Positions 1 through 12,808 are shown, counted from the stretch's first letter. The stretch is DNA of 64,000 nt from Felis catus (GCF_018350175.1 NC_058368.1:167278001-167342000), one strand, 5' to 3'. Numbers and translations are program-made. Notes: a model not told the origin generated them from the sequence alone.

Positions 1-102
1 GAGTAATCGCCTTGAGTGGCTATATCATGGAGACGTCTGGGTAGGGGTCTTCGGTCTAGGAGAAGATGGCCAGGGGTTGTTGGTGAGGAAGGCTACTCAG
101 GA

Positions 103-572
103 CAGTGGCTATTTACTTACCAACTGGTACAGAAGTGATTCAATATTTTAACAACTTTTATGGCAGTACTGATCTTATTGTTTGCATTTCCCTCTGTCCC
201 AGACACTGGATAACTTAACAAACAGCATTCTGTACTGGGTGTGTCCAGCAGAAATAGGCAGGAGCTGGTTTCACATAAAGTTTTGTCAGTTCTCCCCTTC
301 TAATACTTGGCACTATTCACACAAGAACAATCAAATGTATTGGCTGGAAAGTTGCCCTCAGTGTGAGAGAACAAATTGATTCCCACAATATATTATTGCT
401 GGAGTAACTAGCTGGACCAAACCAGCTCTGCTAGGAAAATACCACCCACCTCAGTCTGGTCAGCCTTGAACCAGACTGTTGTCCTCATGCAGACACCAAG
501 CATAGTACAATACAGGATAGTTTGCCAGTGAGTGTTAGTGGGTTGGCCAATAATTAAGTAATAAAGGCATTG
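103..572. mobile_element. Old hAT-Tip100 DNA transposon fossil (Arthur1-like)
   Basis: Starts CAGTGGCTATTTACTTACCAACTGGTAC...AATATTTTAACAAC, resembling the Arthur1 terminus. Degenerate inverted terminus TAAGTAATAAAGGCATTG at 555-572. No TSD recognisable. Confidence 0.5.
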
Positions 573-994
573 TACCGGCATCCTCACAGTTATTATTCTT
601 GAACACTAAGCAACACAGCATCTACCTCAGATGTCATGTAAGAAGCACATTTATTTCTCTCAGGGAGTTTTATAAATACCTACACCCCAGTTTGAAATAA
701 TCTGTAACAAAATTTCTGATAAAAGTCAAATACATCTCTCCATCTTTAAAATCCTTAAACCATATAACTTTTCAAATGTCCTAAAGTGATTATAATTCAT
801 ATAAATAAACACATCAAAATACAGTGGAACATTTAGATTTGTAGAACACAAAATAAACTATTGTATTAATAGATGATTCCCATGGTGTTTTTGGACATAT
901 TTTTGCTGGAAGCACCTCATAGATCAATGTAATATCTAGCTTTGTGATTTCTTCAAATATATTTTAATATATTGCTGGTGTTTTTCCCTTGCAG

Positions 995-1028
995 GGAAGA
1001 ACTAGGAAAACCAGTTACATTGGCCTAA
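995..1028 (+). CDS. Candidate short terminal coding exon (xEELGKPVTLA*), host gene unidentified
   Basis: Pyrimidine tract plus CAG acceptor (tttttcccttgcag, 981-994). Phase-2 frame is open to TAA at 1026-1028. Followed by AT-rich UTR-like sequence with ATTAAA at 1070 and 1236. No homology confirmed. Confidence 0.3.
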
Positions 1029-1502
1029 TTTTAAGGGTTTTGTAACATTTTTCCAGCTAATATTTTTACATTAAAGTTACTTTTTCTCTAAAGAAAAGTA
1101 ATTTAGTAAATCCCCTTTGTTTTTAGAATACTGTGGGAAATTCAGCACTATACACTCTTTCTTTGTGTTCATTATATTTTATGTAAATGTAATTGTAGTC
1201 ACTTTTTAAAAGTACAGTTTATAAAATCTTTAGTCATTAAAGTGAGTCTCTATAAAGATTGTAGTCACAAAGTGTATGTCTACAGCTTTTGTTTTGATTT
1301 AAATCATAGTTATTCCTTTTTAGCTGTCAAGCCCAATTTTTAATTCAATATAAATATCTGCTTCCTGTTGCATTAACACTCTAACATAAATTTAAGGATG
1401 AAAAATATGTTAAAAGATCAAAGCCAGTTTTAATGTTTAAACCACTTTGAAAAATGGATTTTAAACATTTCCATCTATCATATTAAAATGAAAAGAACAA
1501 CT

Positions 1503-1683
1503 GGGGTGCCTGGGTGGCTGAGTCGGTTGAGTGTCTGGCTTTGGCTCAGGTCGTGATCTCACAGTTTGTAGGTTCAAGCCCCACATCGGGCTCTGTGGTG
1601 ACAGTGCAGAGCCTGCTTGGGATTCTCTCTCTCCCTCTGTTTCTCTGCTCCTTCCCCACTTGCACACTCTCTCTCTCTCAAAA

Positions 1684-1718
<35 letters not shown>

Positions 1719-1745
1719 ACTTAAAAAGAATTTTAATAAAAAGAA
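1503..1745 (+). mobile_element. CanSINE (SINEC_Fc-like)
   Basis: GGGGTGCCTGGGTGGCT head, tRNA-like boxes, CT-rich linker, (AAAT)n tail. Confidence 0.95.
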
Positions 1746-1951
1746 AATAACAACAAACTTTAGTTGCTTTTTAGACAAGAAGCATTCATCTAAATTAGCC
1801 TTTCAGTTCTGTGACTAGCTTGAATCTAAATTTTTCAATGAAAAAGAATAAAGGTGGTCACAGCCCCACTCACTACCTCATCTAAACAACCTAAAGCACT
1901 AGCTTAGATGCCTGAAATTAACAAAGAGTTTTATTTGTAATAACTCAAGGT

Positions 1952-2170
1952 GGGGCACCTGGGTGGCTCAGTCGGTTGGGCGTCCGACTCCAGCTCAGGT
2001 CATGATCTCACAATCCATGAGTTTGCGCCCCATGTCAGGCATCGTGCTGACAGCTCGGAGCCTGGAGCCTGCTTCAGATTCTGTGTCTCCCTGTCTCTCT
2101 ATCCCTCTCCTGCTCATGCTCTGTCTCTGTCTCAAAAATAAATTTAGAAAAAAAAAAACATTAAAAAAAA
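1952..2170 (+). mobile_element. CanSINE (SINEC_Fc-like)
   Basis: Full head/body/A-tail. Perfect 14-bp TSD TAATAACTCAAGGT at 1938-1951 and 2171-2184. Confidence 0.97.
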
Positions 2171-2706
2171 TAATAACTCAAGGTACATCATCTCCTTATA
2201 CTTAACCCAAATAAAATATATGCTTCCATTCTACACAGTTTTCTTATAATTAGTTCAATTCCTAGTTATATCAAGGGTATTTTAGGCAACGGTTTAAGAT
2301 GCATTGGCCTTCAGTGGGTATTCAGTACTTGCTTCGCAAACATCCAGCCTCCTCTCTTCAACAATCCTAAATTTCATTTGGGATTCCACCCTTCCTTCCA
2401 TCTCAGTCTCTAACCCACGGTGAGGCACTCAGCATGTCCTCCATTCCTGGTCACAGCCATAGGTTCAAATATAAGATGTGACCAAAACTGCTAAATCAGG
2501 GCAATTGAGATCTGTCTGATAAAGCTCTTTTTCCGCTGGATTTATCCTGAAATGACAAAGACTATGAAATCCATGCAGTCCTTTGGGCACTGCCTAAACT
2601 GAGAATGAAGGCAGCAGAGAAGAAGCAAAGGTTAAGAGATGGAGAGAAACCATTGGCATTATTTGGGTACTAAATTAGGTCGTTTCCCCTTGCATAAACT
2701 GGTTTC

Positions 2707-2944
2707 TTTTTTTTCTTTTTTTTTTTTTTAATTTTTTTTTCAACGTTTATTTATTTTTTGGGACAGAGAGAGACAGAGCATGAACGGGCGAGGGGCAGAG
2801 AGAGAGGGAGACACAGAATCGGAAACAGGCTCCAGGCTCTGAGCCATCAGCCCAGAGCCTGACGCGGGGCTCGAACTCACGGACCGCGAGATTGTGACCT
2901 GGTTAAAGTCGGACGCTTAACCGACTGCGCCACCCAGGCACCCC
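2707..2944 (-). mobile_element. Young CanSINE (SINEC_Fc-like) nested in the A-tail of an older SINE
   Basis: CpG-rich, near-consensus body (GACGCGGGGCTCGAACTCACGGACCGCGAG) and a long T tract. Confidence 0.96.
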
Positions 2945-3190
2945 AATTCTTTTCTTTTTTTAAGTAAATTTTTGTTTCTTTTTGAGAGAGAGAGAAAGAA
3001 AGAGAGTGAGAGAGAGAGAGAAAGAGAGACAACAAGTGGGGGAGGGGCAGAGAGAAAGAGGGACAGAGTATTTCCAACAGGCTCCATGCAGACAGCAGAG
3101 AGCCTGATGTGGGGCTCAGACCCACAAACTGTGAGATCATGACCTGAGCCAAAGGTTGCCGTTTAACCAACTGAGCCACCCAGGAGCCCC
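2945..3190 (-). mobile_element. Older CanSINE
   Basis: SINE body ending CAGGAGCCCC. The outer TSD TGCATAA(A/C)CTGGTTTC at 2691-2706 and 3191-3206 encloses both SINEs. Confidence 0.95.
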
Positions 3191-3402
3191 TGCATAACCT
3201 GGTTTCAACTGGTTTATGTCCCACTTACAAGAGAAAATGACCTACCTGACACATGTCTGTTTAAATCATTTCACATTTCTCATTAATTAAATGATTATTA
3301 ACCCTTAAGCTCAACAAGATTCACAAATCAAGTGTGAGATTCAAAGAGTAAAAAACAAAAAAAAAATTTTTGACAGTTTCAACTAAAACATCTATTGTTT
3401 TA

Positions 3403-3595
3403 GGGGTGCCTGGCTGGATCAGTCGGTTAAGCGTCTGACTCTTGACATCCACTTAGGTCATGATCTCACAGTTTTTGAGATGGAGCCCCGAGTCAGGCTC
3501 TATGCTTGGGCTTATCTCTGCCCCTCTCTCTCTCTGCCCCTCCCTCACTATGCTTGTTCTCTCTCTCTCAAAATAAATAAAAACATTAAAAAAAA
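3403..3595 (+). mobile_element. CanSINE (older subfamily, internal deletion)
   Basis: GGGGTGCCTGGCTGG head, CT linker and A tail. Degenerate TSD ATCTATTG... Confidence 0.92.
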
Positions 3596-3971
3596 TCTAT
3601 TGCTTCTAAAGCTGAAGGCCTTAGGCTCACAGTCACCATGGGAAGGTTATTCCTTCTCCCATTGTACTCTTCCAGTTAAGCTAAGCCAAAAGGCAGTGCT
3701 AACACCCACAAAAATGATTGGTACTATATCTGGAGTACCATGAGATCAGTCTTGGCTGGCCCATAATATTCCTGTAATTCTTTAAAGCAGTCTTTTATTT
3801 GTCCTTTAATTTCTTAATCACTTACCACAGTGACTGTTTTCAATACTTTTTTACTCTCCTTAGGTCACCACTACACCCTCATCTTTATCCAATCCTGTGT
3901 GAACTTTTTCAGGTTCCATTCTCCACTCCTCACCACCTGCAAGCCTCCAAACTCCATAGCTACCTATACAG

Positions 3972-3975
<4 letters not shown>

Positions 3976-4011
<36 letters not shown>
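3976..4011. repeat. (TG)18 microsatellite
   Basis: Direct read. Followed by further purine/pyrimidine alternation to about 4067. Confidence 0.98.
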
Positions 4012-4012
<1 letters not shown>

Positions 4013-4179
4013 ATGTGCACGCGCCTGCATACACGCGTGCATGTAGCTATGCGATGTTGCATATATAAACTAACATCCTGTATTTCTGGAACCAATTTCA
4101 TTGTCTTCTAAATAGTATATGTTCCAAGCACTCACTGGGGAGACCTGAATGCCAGAGTTTATGGTAATCATCATCCTCA

Positions 4180-4415
4180 GTTTACATTTATTGAGTGTTT
4201 ACTACATAACAAGCTCTATCAAAGTTGCTTCACATTTATTTTATTAATTTATATAATCTTCTTAACAACCTGGGAAGTAAATGCCATCATCCTCATTTTA
4301 CAGACAAGTAAACAGAGGCAATGAGAGATTAAGATCACACCTTAGTAGATCATAGAACTGAAATTCTATCCCAATGGCCTTACTCAGGTCCTGTTCTCAT
4401 AACTGCTATGTCATA
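4180..4415 (-). mobile_element. MIR SINE
   Basis: CATTTATTGAGTGTTTACT... and core CATCCTCATTTTACAGACAAGTAAACAGAGGC. Confidence 0.8.
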
Positions 4416-4524
4416 GTGCCTCTTAAAGTCTCCACGAAGACATTGTCCAAAAATAAATTCTTACATTTGTATATATAACATTACAGTGTATAAATGGCTT
4501 TTATATTTAAATGCCCTATTAAAT

Positions 4525-4630
4525 TAATAGTTAAGTTACTACTATTCTTGTTTTACAAATGCAGAAAAAATTCAAAGATTAATGGACTTATTTACCCAAG
4601 GTCATTAAACTAATGAGTAGTGAATCCACA
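4525..4630 (-). mobile_element. MIR fragment
   Basis: Core-like TTTTACAAATGCAGAAAA...TTACCCAAGGTCA. Confidence 0.55.
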
Positions 4631-5166
4631 TCTCCTTCCACGGAAAGAAAGAAAATTTAGATCAGAAAATTGTTTTCCCATGGGCTCTTTCTGTGGAGAT
4701 AAATGTTTGAAACTTTGATGAAAATAGCTGGTGAAATGGATTCTTTGTAACTTCATACCATAAATGGCATCCTCTGGGCTATCTGAGGGACATCAGCATT
4801 AATGATCAATTAATATCATTATTTATTTTATTTTTATTCTTCAAATTAGTAGTCCGACCTCTGCTGAAATTGTTTCCTTTTTCCTTAAACACACTTTGAT
4901 TTTCAAAATCATTACTGCTGAGTGGGACCCCATAACTGGGTGGATGAGAATATGGAGATTACAGCACAGTGAAGTAAAGATAGAAGGGTGATTTCACCAA
5001 TTCTTCAACAAACCTCTATCTTTTCCTGCTCAAGTCACAGGTAATAGAGAAGTAAACCCAGGCTTGGCTTTTTATTTTAACTGGGAAAGCAAAGGTCTGG
5101 TTTTATAAGACTCCTGATTCTATAAAGACTGACACCCTCACCAAACAAACAAAACAGAATAACCCT

Positions 5167-5609
5167 TGTTGTGGATTGAATTATGTCCTGCAAAAAGGTA
5201 TGTGGAAGTCCTATCCCTCAGTCCCTATGTATGTGACCTCTCTGGAAATAGAATGATTGCTGATGTAATTAGTCAGGTTAAGATGAGGTGTTACTGGAGT
5301 AGGTTGGGCCCTTAATCTAATATCACTGCTATTTTTATAAGAAGAGGAGAGAGAGACAAAAGGTAGATGACCGTGTGAAGACTAAGGCAGAGATTGGAGT
5401 TACGTGGCCACAAACCAAGGAACACCAGGACCTCCAAAGAGTGAGAAGAGGCAAGGTAGGATCTTCCCCTAGCAACTGTAGAGAGAATAGTCGTACCATC
5501 ACCTCGATTTCAGATTTTAGCTTCCAGAACTGTGAAAGAACAAATTTCTATTGTCTAAAGCCACCTACTTTGTGGTACTTCATTATGGCAGCCCTAGGAA
5601 ACTAACACA
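5167..5609 (+). mobile_element. MaLR solo LTR (MLT1B/C-like)
   Basis: TGTTGTGGATTGAATTATGTCC start, TTCCAGAACTGTGAAAGAACAAATTTC internal block, and ...GCAGCCCTAGGAAACTAACACA end (TG...CA). Confidence 0.9.
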
Positions 5610-5825
5610 CTTCTTTTTCTTCACTTTCCTCCTTTTATTTCCATATTCAAAAAATTTTTCAGAGTATGTAACTGTATATAATAAATATATAAGATGTATC
5701 ATATAACATATTGAAAATATTTATTCATGAGTATTTCATTAAGATGCATAGTATAAGTTTTCAAGAAGAAGTTTTGGATTCAGGCATGGGGAAAAACAAT
5801 GAAACTTTAGAGAAATGGTTGTTTA

Positions 5826-6006
5826 TTTATTTATTTATTTTTAAATAGAACAACCTGGGGAGGAGCAGAGAGAAGGAGACAGAGGATCCAAAGTGGACTC
5901 TATGCTGACAGCAGAGAGCCCTATGTGGGGCTTGAACTCAGGAGCCACGAGACCATGACCTAAGTCAAAGTCAGACGCTTAACCGACTGAGCCACTCAGG
6001 CACCCC
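5826..6006 (-). mobile_element. CanSINE (older)
   Basis: SINE body. TSD GAGAAATGGT(TG/CA)TTTA at 5810-5825 and 6007-6022. Confidence 0.93.
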
Positions 6007-6035
6007 GAGAAATGGTCATTTATGATTTGACTTTT

Positions 6036-6253
6036 TCTTAATTTTTTTTTAACATTTATTTATTTTTGAGACAGAGAGAGACAGAGCATGAACAGGGGAG
6101 GGGCAGAGAGAGAAGGAGACACAGAATCGGAAGCAGGCTCCAGGCTCCGAGCCATCAGCCCAGAGCCTGACGCGGGGCTTGAATTCACAGACCGCGAGAT
6201 CGTGACCTGGCTGAAGTCGGACGCTTAACCGACTGCGCCACCCAGGCGTCCCC
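6036..6253 (-). mobile_element. Young CanSINE (SINEC_Fc-like)
   Basis: CpG-rich body. Perfect 15-bp TSD TATGATTTGACTTTT at 6021-6035 and 6254-6268. Confidence 0.97.
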
Positions 6254-9200
6254 TATGATTTGACTTTTGACAAAGAATTAATAGAGCATAAATCTCCATT
6301 TAAATTCACACAGCTGTCTCCATATTTTATGTAATTGATGGAAGCCAATAACAGTATTCAAGATAAAGTCTTAGATAAATCACTTTCATGACTTTAAAAG
6401 ACCCCATTCTTTTCCCCAAAGCTATTTCCACTTCATTCTTACCCTGTTTGTTCCCTGTAAAATTAGAGGTCTTTCAGAGTAGCCAACTTTTATGAATGAA
6501 TACTCTTTGCTTTCTTGATTTCAACAGCTTGATCTGTTAAGCAATGCCCTTTAAGTTCTAAGCCACAGACTGATTTCTAGCACCATTATTCAACTTCCAA
6601 TATCTTGACTAACCCCCTCCACTTAGCTCACCTCTCTGTCTTCAGCCTGTGAGACAAACAGTCCAAACTTGGTATGACCATTAGACTCTGCATGTATGAG
6701 TGGACATACGGGCATCATAGCAAGCAGTTGTCTAATCTGACATGACTCTACAAGAGTGCTGCATCCTAGCCTCACTGCTTTTATTTTTTTTACCTGCACA
6801 ATATGGTAGAGCTCTTCAAGGAATAAACCGTATTCTCTCCTGCTATAGCAATCAAGATGCCAAACGTCCTTCTTTATGTTAGCCAAACAGTTGAATTTTC
6901 TCTGTTGATGAAACAAGCAAAGGCCTTAAGCAGTGGACTCATCAGTTCATAAAAATCAAAAGGGGCCACTTGGTCTCATTTACATCAAAATTGGTAACAT
7001 CTGGTAGGTATCCTCTAACATTTTAAAGACATTTTCAAATAAAACCATTCAACAGATTTAGGTATGTTTTGTGTATTTTGCAGCTAACTCTTGCTGGCAA
7101 GGTTATCAAAATGTAAGACTGCTTAGAAACTGGACTTTCCACAGGTGGAATGAACATTTTCTAGCTAATCCCAATCCATCATGCTCCATGGTTACAACAG
7201 CAAGGCAAATAGGAAGATCTGGAAACCATAATGGCCCTATCTTCAAGCATTGTAGCTGCCCATGACTTTGCTAAAGCACGCGGTGCTTTCTGAGTGGGTG
7301 AGAATGTAAGCTGGACTTTCATTAACAGAACAGTTGTGCCTCACTCCTGCCTATGGGTTTCTGGTTCAGAATTGTATCCTGAAATTGACTGTGATCCAGC
7401 ACTTATTAAAGGCCTGCTTAAAGCATCTGAAATTTGAGAGAGACTGCCCAGGGGATTTGAAAGCACTTCCTTTTCTAGCTTCCCCCAGATCTATGCCTGT
7501 ATTAAGCCCGATCTGCAACAAGTAGAATACTTACACTTTATTATCTGAGCCCCTTTAGGAATGCCTTCATTGAGTAATGGCTTAATAGCATATCCTCAAC
7601 CTTCAAAAAGGACTGATTCAAGACGGGTCAACTTGAATAATGTTTTTATAAGATGAACCTAGAGTTGAAAACAATGTTTACTTTATTATTAAAGTCCGCA
7701 TACAAGGACCCTCATAAAAAAATCACTTTGAATTTACATCCTGAAATAAATTTTTTCTCCATAGACTAATGTATATGCTTGCTTTTGGATTAGACAACAA
7801 AGGTTAGGTAATCAACTTATTTCCCTCTTGCCTTAGATGCCAAAAAATTTCAAATCAATTCAGTTCAGTGACCAACTAAACTCCTATACCCAGTGACATA
7901 GCACCTCTGTTCCTTTCTACATTTGTTTTATATAGCTGTTTCTATTTGTCTCATCACGTGTTATGATTCCATTTTACAAGAGTCTTCAAGACATTTTGGA
8001 TACAGGATGGTAATCAATCTTAAAAACTAGAATGCCTCTGTCTATACTTTTTTCCTTAAGAAAAGAGTTCAAAAGATCCCCCAGGGGACTACAAGTAATA
8101 GTCTACCCTGGAAGTACAGTGACAATGAAAGAACAAAAATTATCACACTACTGTTTTAGACAGCAAAGTAATAGTGATAACACTCAGTACTCTGCCCTTT
8201 TTTTTAATCTATATTTTTGGTCTTGGTAATTCCCAGAAGTATACAAAATTCTGAAAGAAACTGAAGATAAATTCATGCTTTTTGCTCTTTTCCACAGAGC
8301 ATTAATAGCTTTTGGAATTGAAATTGTTTTATTAATTTGATTAGGTTGAAGGAAAATCCAAGGCATTTATGAATAATTCAAGTTTCTGTCAGATCCTAGA
8401 AAGCTTTATGGAAAATACTGTTATACCTCAAAAATGCCCTCACAGTAGACCATACATTTAATTTTCAATAACATTGATTTATAGTTTTATAAAGGAAAAT
8501 AATAAATATAATGAATTACCTCCATATTTCCTGATCTCAGTCACTATAAAATAACTGCTGTAGTTTTACATTTCCAGTGTGAAATATTAAATGCATAAAT
8601 CAAAACAAAATTATTTTTCATCTTAGAGAGACTGGTTCCTGAGACTGACAAATTCATTTTATTTTAAAATTAATGTTTTAAGAAAAAAAAAATCTTCGTT
8701 GAATCCTTACCAGCTTTAAAAAGAAAAAAAAAGAGCTTGCATTTTACTATTTTGCCTATGATGTCTTCCACACCAGGCACTGTGTATAAAAAATTATTAA
8801 AGTCCCTAAAACTCTAAAACTCCAAAATTATCAGGAGCCACATTATACTTCCTTACATGAATCATTTTCCTTTCCCACTTCCTTTCTCAGGGCTTTTCCT
8901 TTTTCCACAATTGTTTTACCCTAAGTTGCCACCCAAAGATAAGCAATTCCCTAATGCCACCAGCCTGGCATTTGTGTAATTCACATTTTCCCTTACAGCT
9001 ACTTCTAAGTCATCATGTAATGAGAAGAACATTATCAAATAGGAACAATTTAAGAGAGATGCAGATTTTCCAACAGTCGGAAACAGATGCATTTACTTTT
9101 ACATTTTCTCACCTTCATCCCCTAAATTTCATTGAGAGCAAGAAACAGTGTTTTGCATCCTTGATTAAAAAGAGTAAATCTGATTATAAGACTTCATTTT

Positions 9201-11479
9201 CACATTTAAATACCTCTCAGCTTTTGTGAGTGTTCAACATTCAACCCCAAGAAACGTTCGGAAGGAGTGATGAAGGCTGAATACTAAAGAGTGCCAAATC
9301 CTTGAATGAATGGGCAACTCTGAGCTAATAGGCCAAGAAGAAAAATTAAATCACCTAAGGACCATGATATTGGAAACCTGGAAACAACGTAAGTGAAATG
9401 CTGCCTCTAAGGTTCGGTTTACATGCTAAGAAACGATAAATTTAAATCACCTTTGTTTTCTTAAGGTTATCTATGAGCTTGCAAGATTCCTAAAACTGTC
9501 ATGTACATTGCTTGGTCAATTATGAATACAGTTCACTCATTGATTATAAACCAAGTAAGCTTATAGACAGATCTTCTCATTTAAAAAAATTATCTTTGTC
9601 ATGTGGCCAAATGCAAACTAACTCCTATTAGAAGAGAATTAATGTGAATAAGCCAAGGAATCAATACTTTCATTTTAATCTTTACAGTAACTCGGTATAG
9701 CTTTAATGTGGTGTGTTTTCTGGGGAAGTTTCATAAAGAATCTCTGGAGTCTTGAAATAACTGTCTGGCAAAGATCTGAACAAGCCTCTCTAAAAATAAC
9801 AATGGGCTGTGGACTTCATAAACATTTTTAGAAATTAAATAGCTGCTAACTTGTTCCATATGGAAGCAAATTCACAAGAGTCCAACATGTTGTTCATTGA
9901 GATCATCAGAACACATATACCAAAGGAAGAGGCAAAGTTGTCCAGCCGTTCATGAAAAGCCAGCGGAAACAGATGATCCTGAAACATCTTAAAAAAATAA
10001 AAAATGAAAAGCAAAGGGCTCTAAAAACCACATGATGCTCTTGCCCTAGGACTCCCTAGGGTTTCTTAGGTCAGGCAACCTTTGAAGATCTCCAAATAGT
10101 TATTATTACTCATTAAATAAAGGCACTAACAAAATTGCTAACATTTTGGGCAATAGTCATATGGGCCAAACCATAAATGAATTTAAATGTCGTTATTCAG
10201 ACGGAAAGGATAATATCTCATAAAATGTACTTGCATCATATACTTAGAACATGAACAAGCGTAGAGATTTAGAAATGCTGATTAAATGACCGTATGCCTC
10301 AGTTACTCAAAATGCCCCATTTATCCTTTTACTCATAATTCTGAGTAGTCCCCAGTAATGCTCCCAAACCCTGTTTTTGTTTTTGTTTGTTCATTGTTTC
10401 GTTTTATTGTTTTGTATTCTCCTCATATAGTAAAAGAGAATGAGAAGGCAGAAAACTAACAGCACGCTCTCCCATCTGTTAGTCTGTTTACCAGTGTCTC
10501 AGCATCAGCTCATGTATGCCGAGGGTTTATTCATCCCAGCGTTATGTGAGTAAATTGGGAAAATTGGTTTCCTCTGGTAAAAAACACTTACACTTCAAAG
10601 TATTTTCCCTACATTCATACTCCTAATTTTCCCTTTTTGATCTTTACATCTGTTGTCGTACAGATCCAAAAGCCCCAAGATCCTGACTTCCCCTCCAACC
10701 ATCCCAAACACATGGTTAGTATTTAACATCCAGAGCTTCATTTTCGTTTTTTACTACTTATAATTTTGAATGAAACTATCACAAGAAATGAAATTCAAAG
10801 AAAAGATAATATCAAATATGTCTTTAAGACTAAATTTATTCAGAGTTTTATATTCAAATCAAATTGGTTTTTCTCTATAAAAGAGGGGTTAAATTTCTGG
10901 GGCTGTTGCCTTGGAGAAAAGTAATAGGAAAATCTATAGGAAAGAAATGTAGGAAGTCTGGTGCAGCTGATTGCATTCACACTGGGGAAACACAGCAGGG
11001 CTGTGATATTATTACCTATATGATCGCTATAGCATGTTTGTTCTTGGATACCCGCAGAAGGATAGGAAATATGTGTGAAGAGAAGGGATAAGATAAATAT
11101 GTAAATCTTTGTTACAATGATTAAAATTACTCAGAATTAAAATTTGCTATCAGTTAATGTTTGGATGTTTATCTCAGCAACAAAAAGCTTAAGCTATTTT
11201 AATTTGATTGTATGGAAATCAAGTGGTTGGTCTTTCGTGGGGTGCAGGGTTGAGACAACTTCTCAATGTTTCTTTCTCAATTTCAAGACCATTCTGTAAT
11301 AGTTGGAGTCAATGGCCATAACTCTATAAAAGTGTATAATTTGAAGAGAGCATTCTCGATCTTAAAATATTTTCCCAGCAGCTATTGGCACCTGAAATTT
11401 TGTCATTACAGATTGATTTTATACAAGAGCCTTGTAAAAGTATTTACTTACAGGAGGTTGGAGGAGGTGATACAGAATA

Positions 11480-11575
11480 TATACAAATTTTCTTGGTGTG
11501 TATTTTTTTTTATTTTGAACCATCTGAATGTATTATATATTATCTGTCAAAAATAAAATTTTTAAATAAAAAAAA
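11480..11575 (+). mobile_element. Ancient L1 (L1ME/L1MC-like) 3' terminus
   Basis: TTTTGAACCATCTGAATGTATTAT...CAAAAATAAAATTTTTAAATAAAAAAA resembles old L1M 3' ends. Confidence 0.45.
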
Positions 11576-12187
11576 TTTTCTTGAAACTGTGAAAGTCTTC
11601 TGGAAGTTCCACTTGAAATGTAAATGCTTCAGGGGGAAAAAGGCACATTTCTTGCAAGAATTCCCTGATATTCAGCTGTGAATGAGAGGAACCCTTGACC
11701 CAGAATGATCTTTCCCTATCTATGAATTCTTCCCTTCCTTGCAGAGCTTGCCCAGCCGGCCTGATTTGTCAGAGCAACCCTGACTGTACTTAGGACTATG
11801 GATGTCATAAAGAGCACAGTTTTGAAAGTGAAATACGAAGAGATTGGTAGTAGGCAAAGAGGACGCCGACAAAGGGGTCACTGCAAGGAGAAGGAGAAAG
11901 GAAGCCACCTGCTCTACTGCCCTACCTCCTCATGTATATAAATACTGTGGGTACACAGACACACACACAAATACCATGTATAGTGCTACAGAATCCTATG
12001 GAGAACCAAAGTCACTTCCAAGAAGAAATGTATGGTCTACTTTTAGCACCTTCTGATCTCTTTCATAAGCAATCCCTTCCTTGCTAAGTGTTCACTGATC
12101 CCATCATGGTCTAGCTGCCTTCTTCCCCATCAAAGCATATTCTAAACAGATTTTAGAACAAGAGTAGAATGAATGCATTAATACATA

Positions 12188-12808
12188 TATCTGAGTCATC
12201 ATGGGCTATTCTAGCTGCTATTAAAAAAAAAAAAATCACATGGGGCGCCTGGGTGGCTCAGTCGGTTGAGCGGCCGGCTTCAGCTCAGGTCATGATCTCA
12301 CGGCTAGTGAGTTCGAGCCCGGTGTCAGGCTCTGTGCTGACAGCTTAGAGCCTGGAGCCTGTTTCAGATTCTGTGTCTCCCTCTCTCTGACCCTCCCCCG
12401 TTCATGCTCTGTCTCTCTCTGTCTCAAAAATAAATAAACATTAAAAAAAATTTTTTTTAAAAATCACAATCCCAAAAAACAATCACAAAATAAAGGTTTA
12501 TCGGTTGCTCGTATCACAGTCCAAAAAACGTTGGGGAACTTTTTGTGGAACTACTCTGAGTAGTGGCTCTGGGACAAAAGTTCCTTCCATCTTTGTCATG
12601 CTGCTTTCTTCTATTTTCACCAAGGAAAGGAAAGAGAGAGCATGGACAATGATACAGGAGATTTTATGGCTAGGGCTGGAAGCTGCACACATCATATTTG
12701 CCCACATTCTGTGGCCCCTAAAATAACCTCAAGGGAGATTAAAAATGTATCTTTCTTTAGGGTTTAGGAGAATGAAACAGGATTGATGAGCATCTGATCA
12801 GTTGCACA
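12188..12808 (-). mobile_element. MaLR 3' LTR (MLT1I-like), interrupted by a SINE
   Basis: AAAGGTTTAT...CACAGTCCAA and TTTATGGCTAGGGCTGGAAGCTGCACACATCATATTTGCCCACATTC match the reverse complement of MLT1I/J-type LTRs. Confidence 0.75.
12242..12458 (+). mobile_element. CanSINE (SINEC_Fc-like, TGAGCGGCCG/CTGACCCTCCCCCG variant)
   Basis: Full element. TSD AAAAATCACA at 12231-12240 and 12459-12468. Confidence 0.97.

Larger units (their letters stand above)
2314..3253 (+). mobile_element. MaLR LTR (MLT1K/L-like), interrupted by two SINEs
   Basis: Characteristic GAGAATGAAGGCAGCAGAGAAGAAGCAAAGGTTAAGAGATGGAGAGAAAC block. The LTR 3' end (...CACTTACAAGAGAAAATGACCTACCTGACACA) resumes after the SINEs. 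Confidence 0.65.

Noticed and set aside
7467..7548. + strand acceptor followed by IYACIKPDLQQVEYLHFII*
   Set aside because: There is a competing AG 10 nt upstream, no good donor and an unrecognised peptide. It cannot be distinguished from chance.
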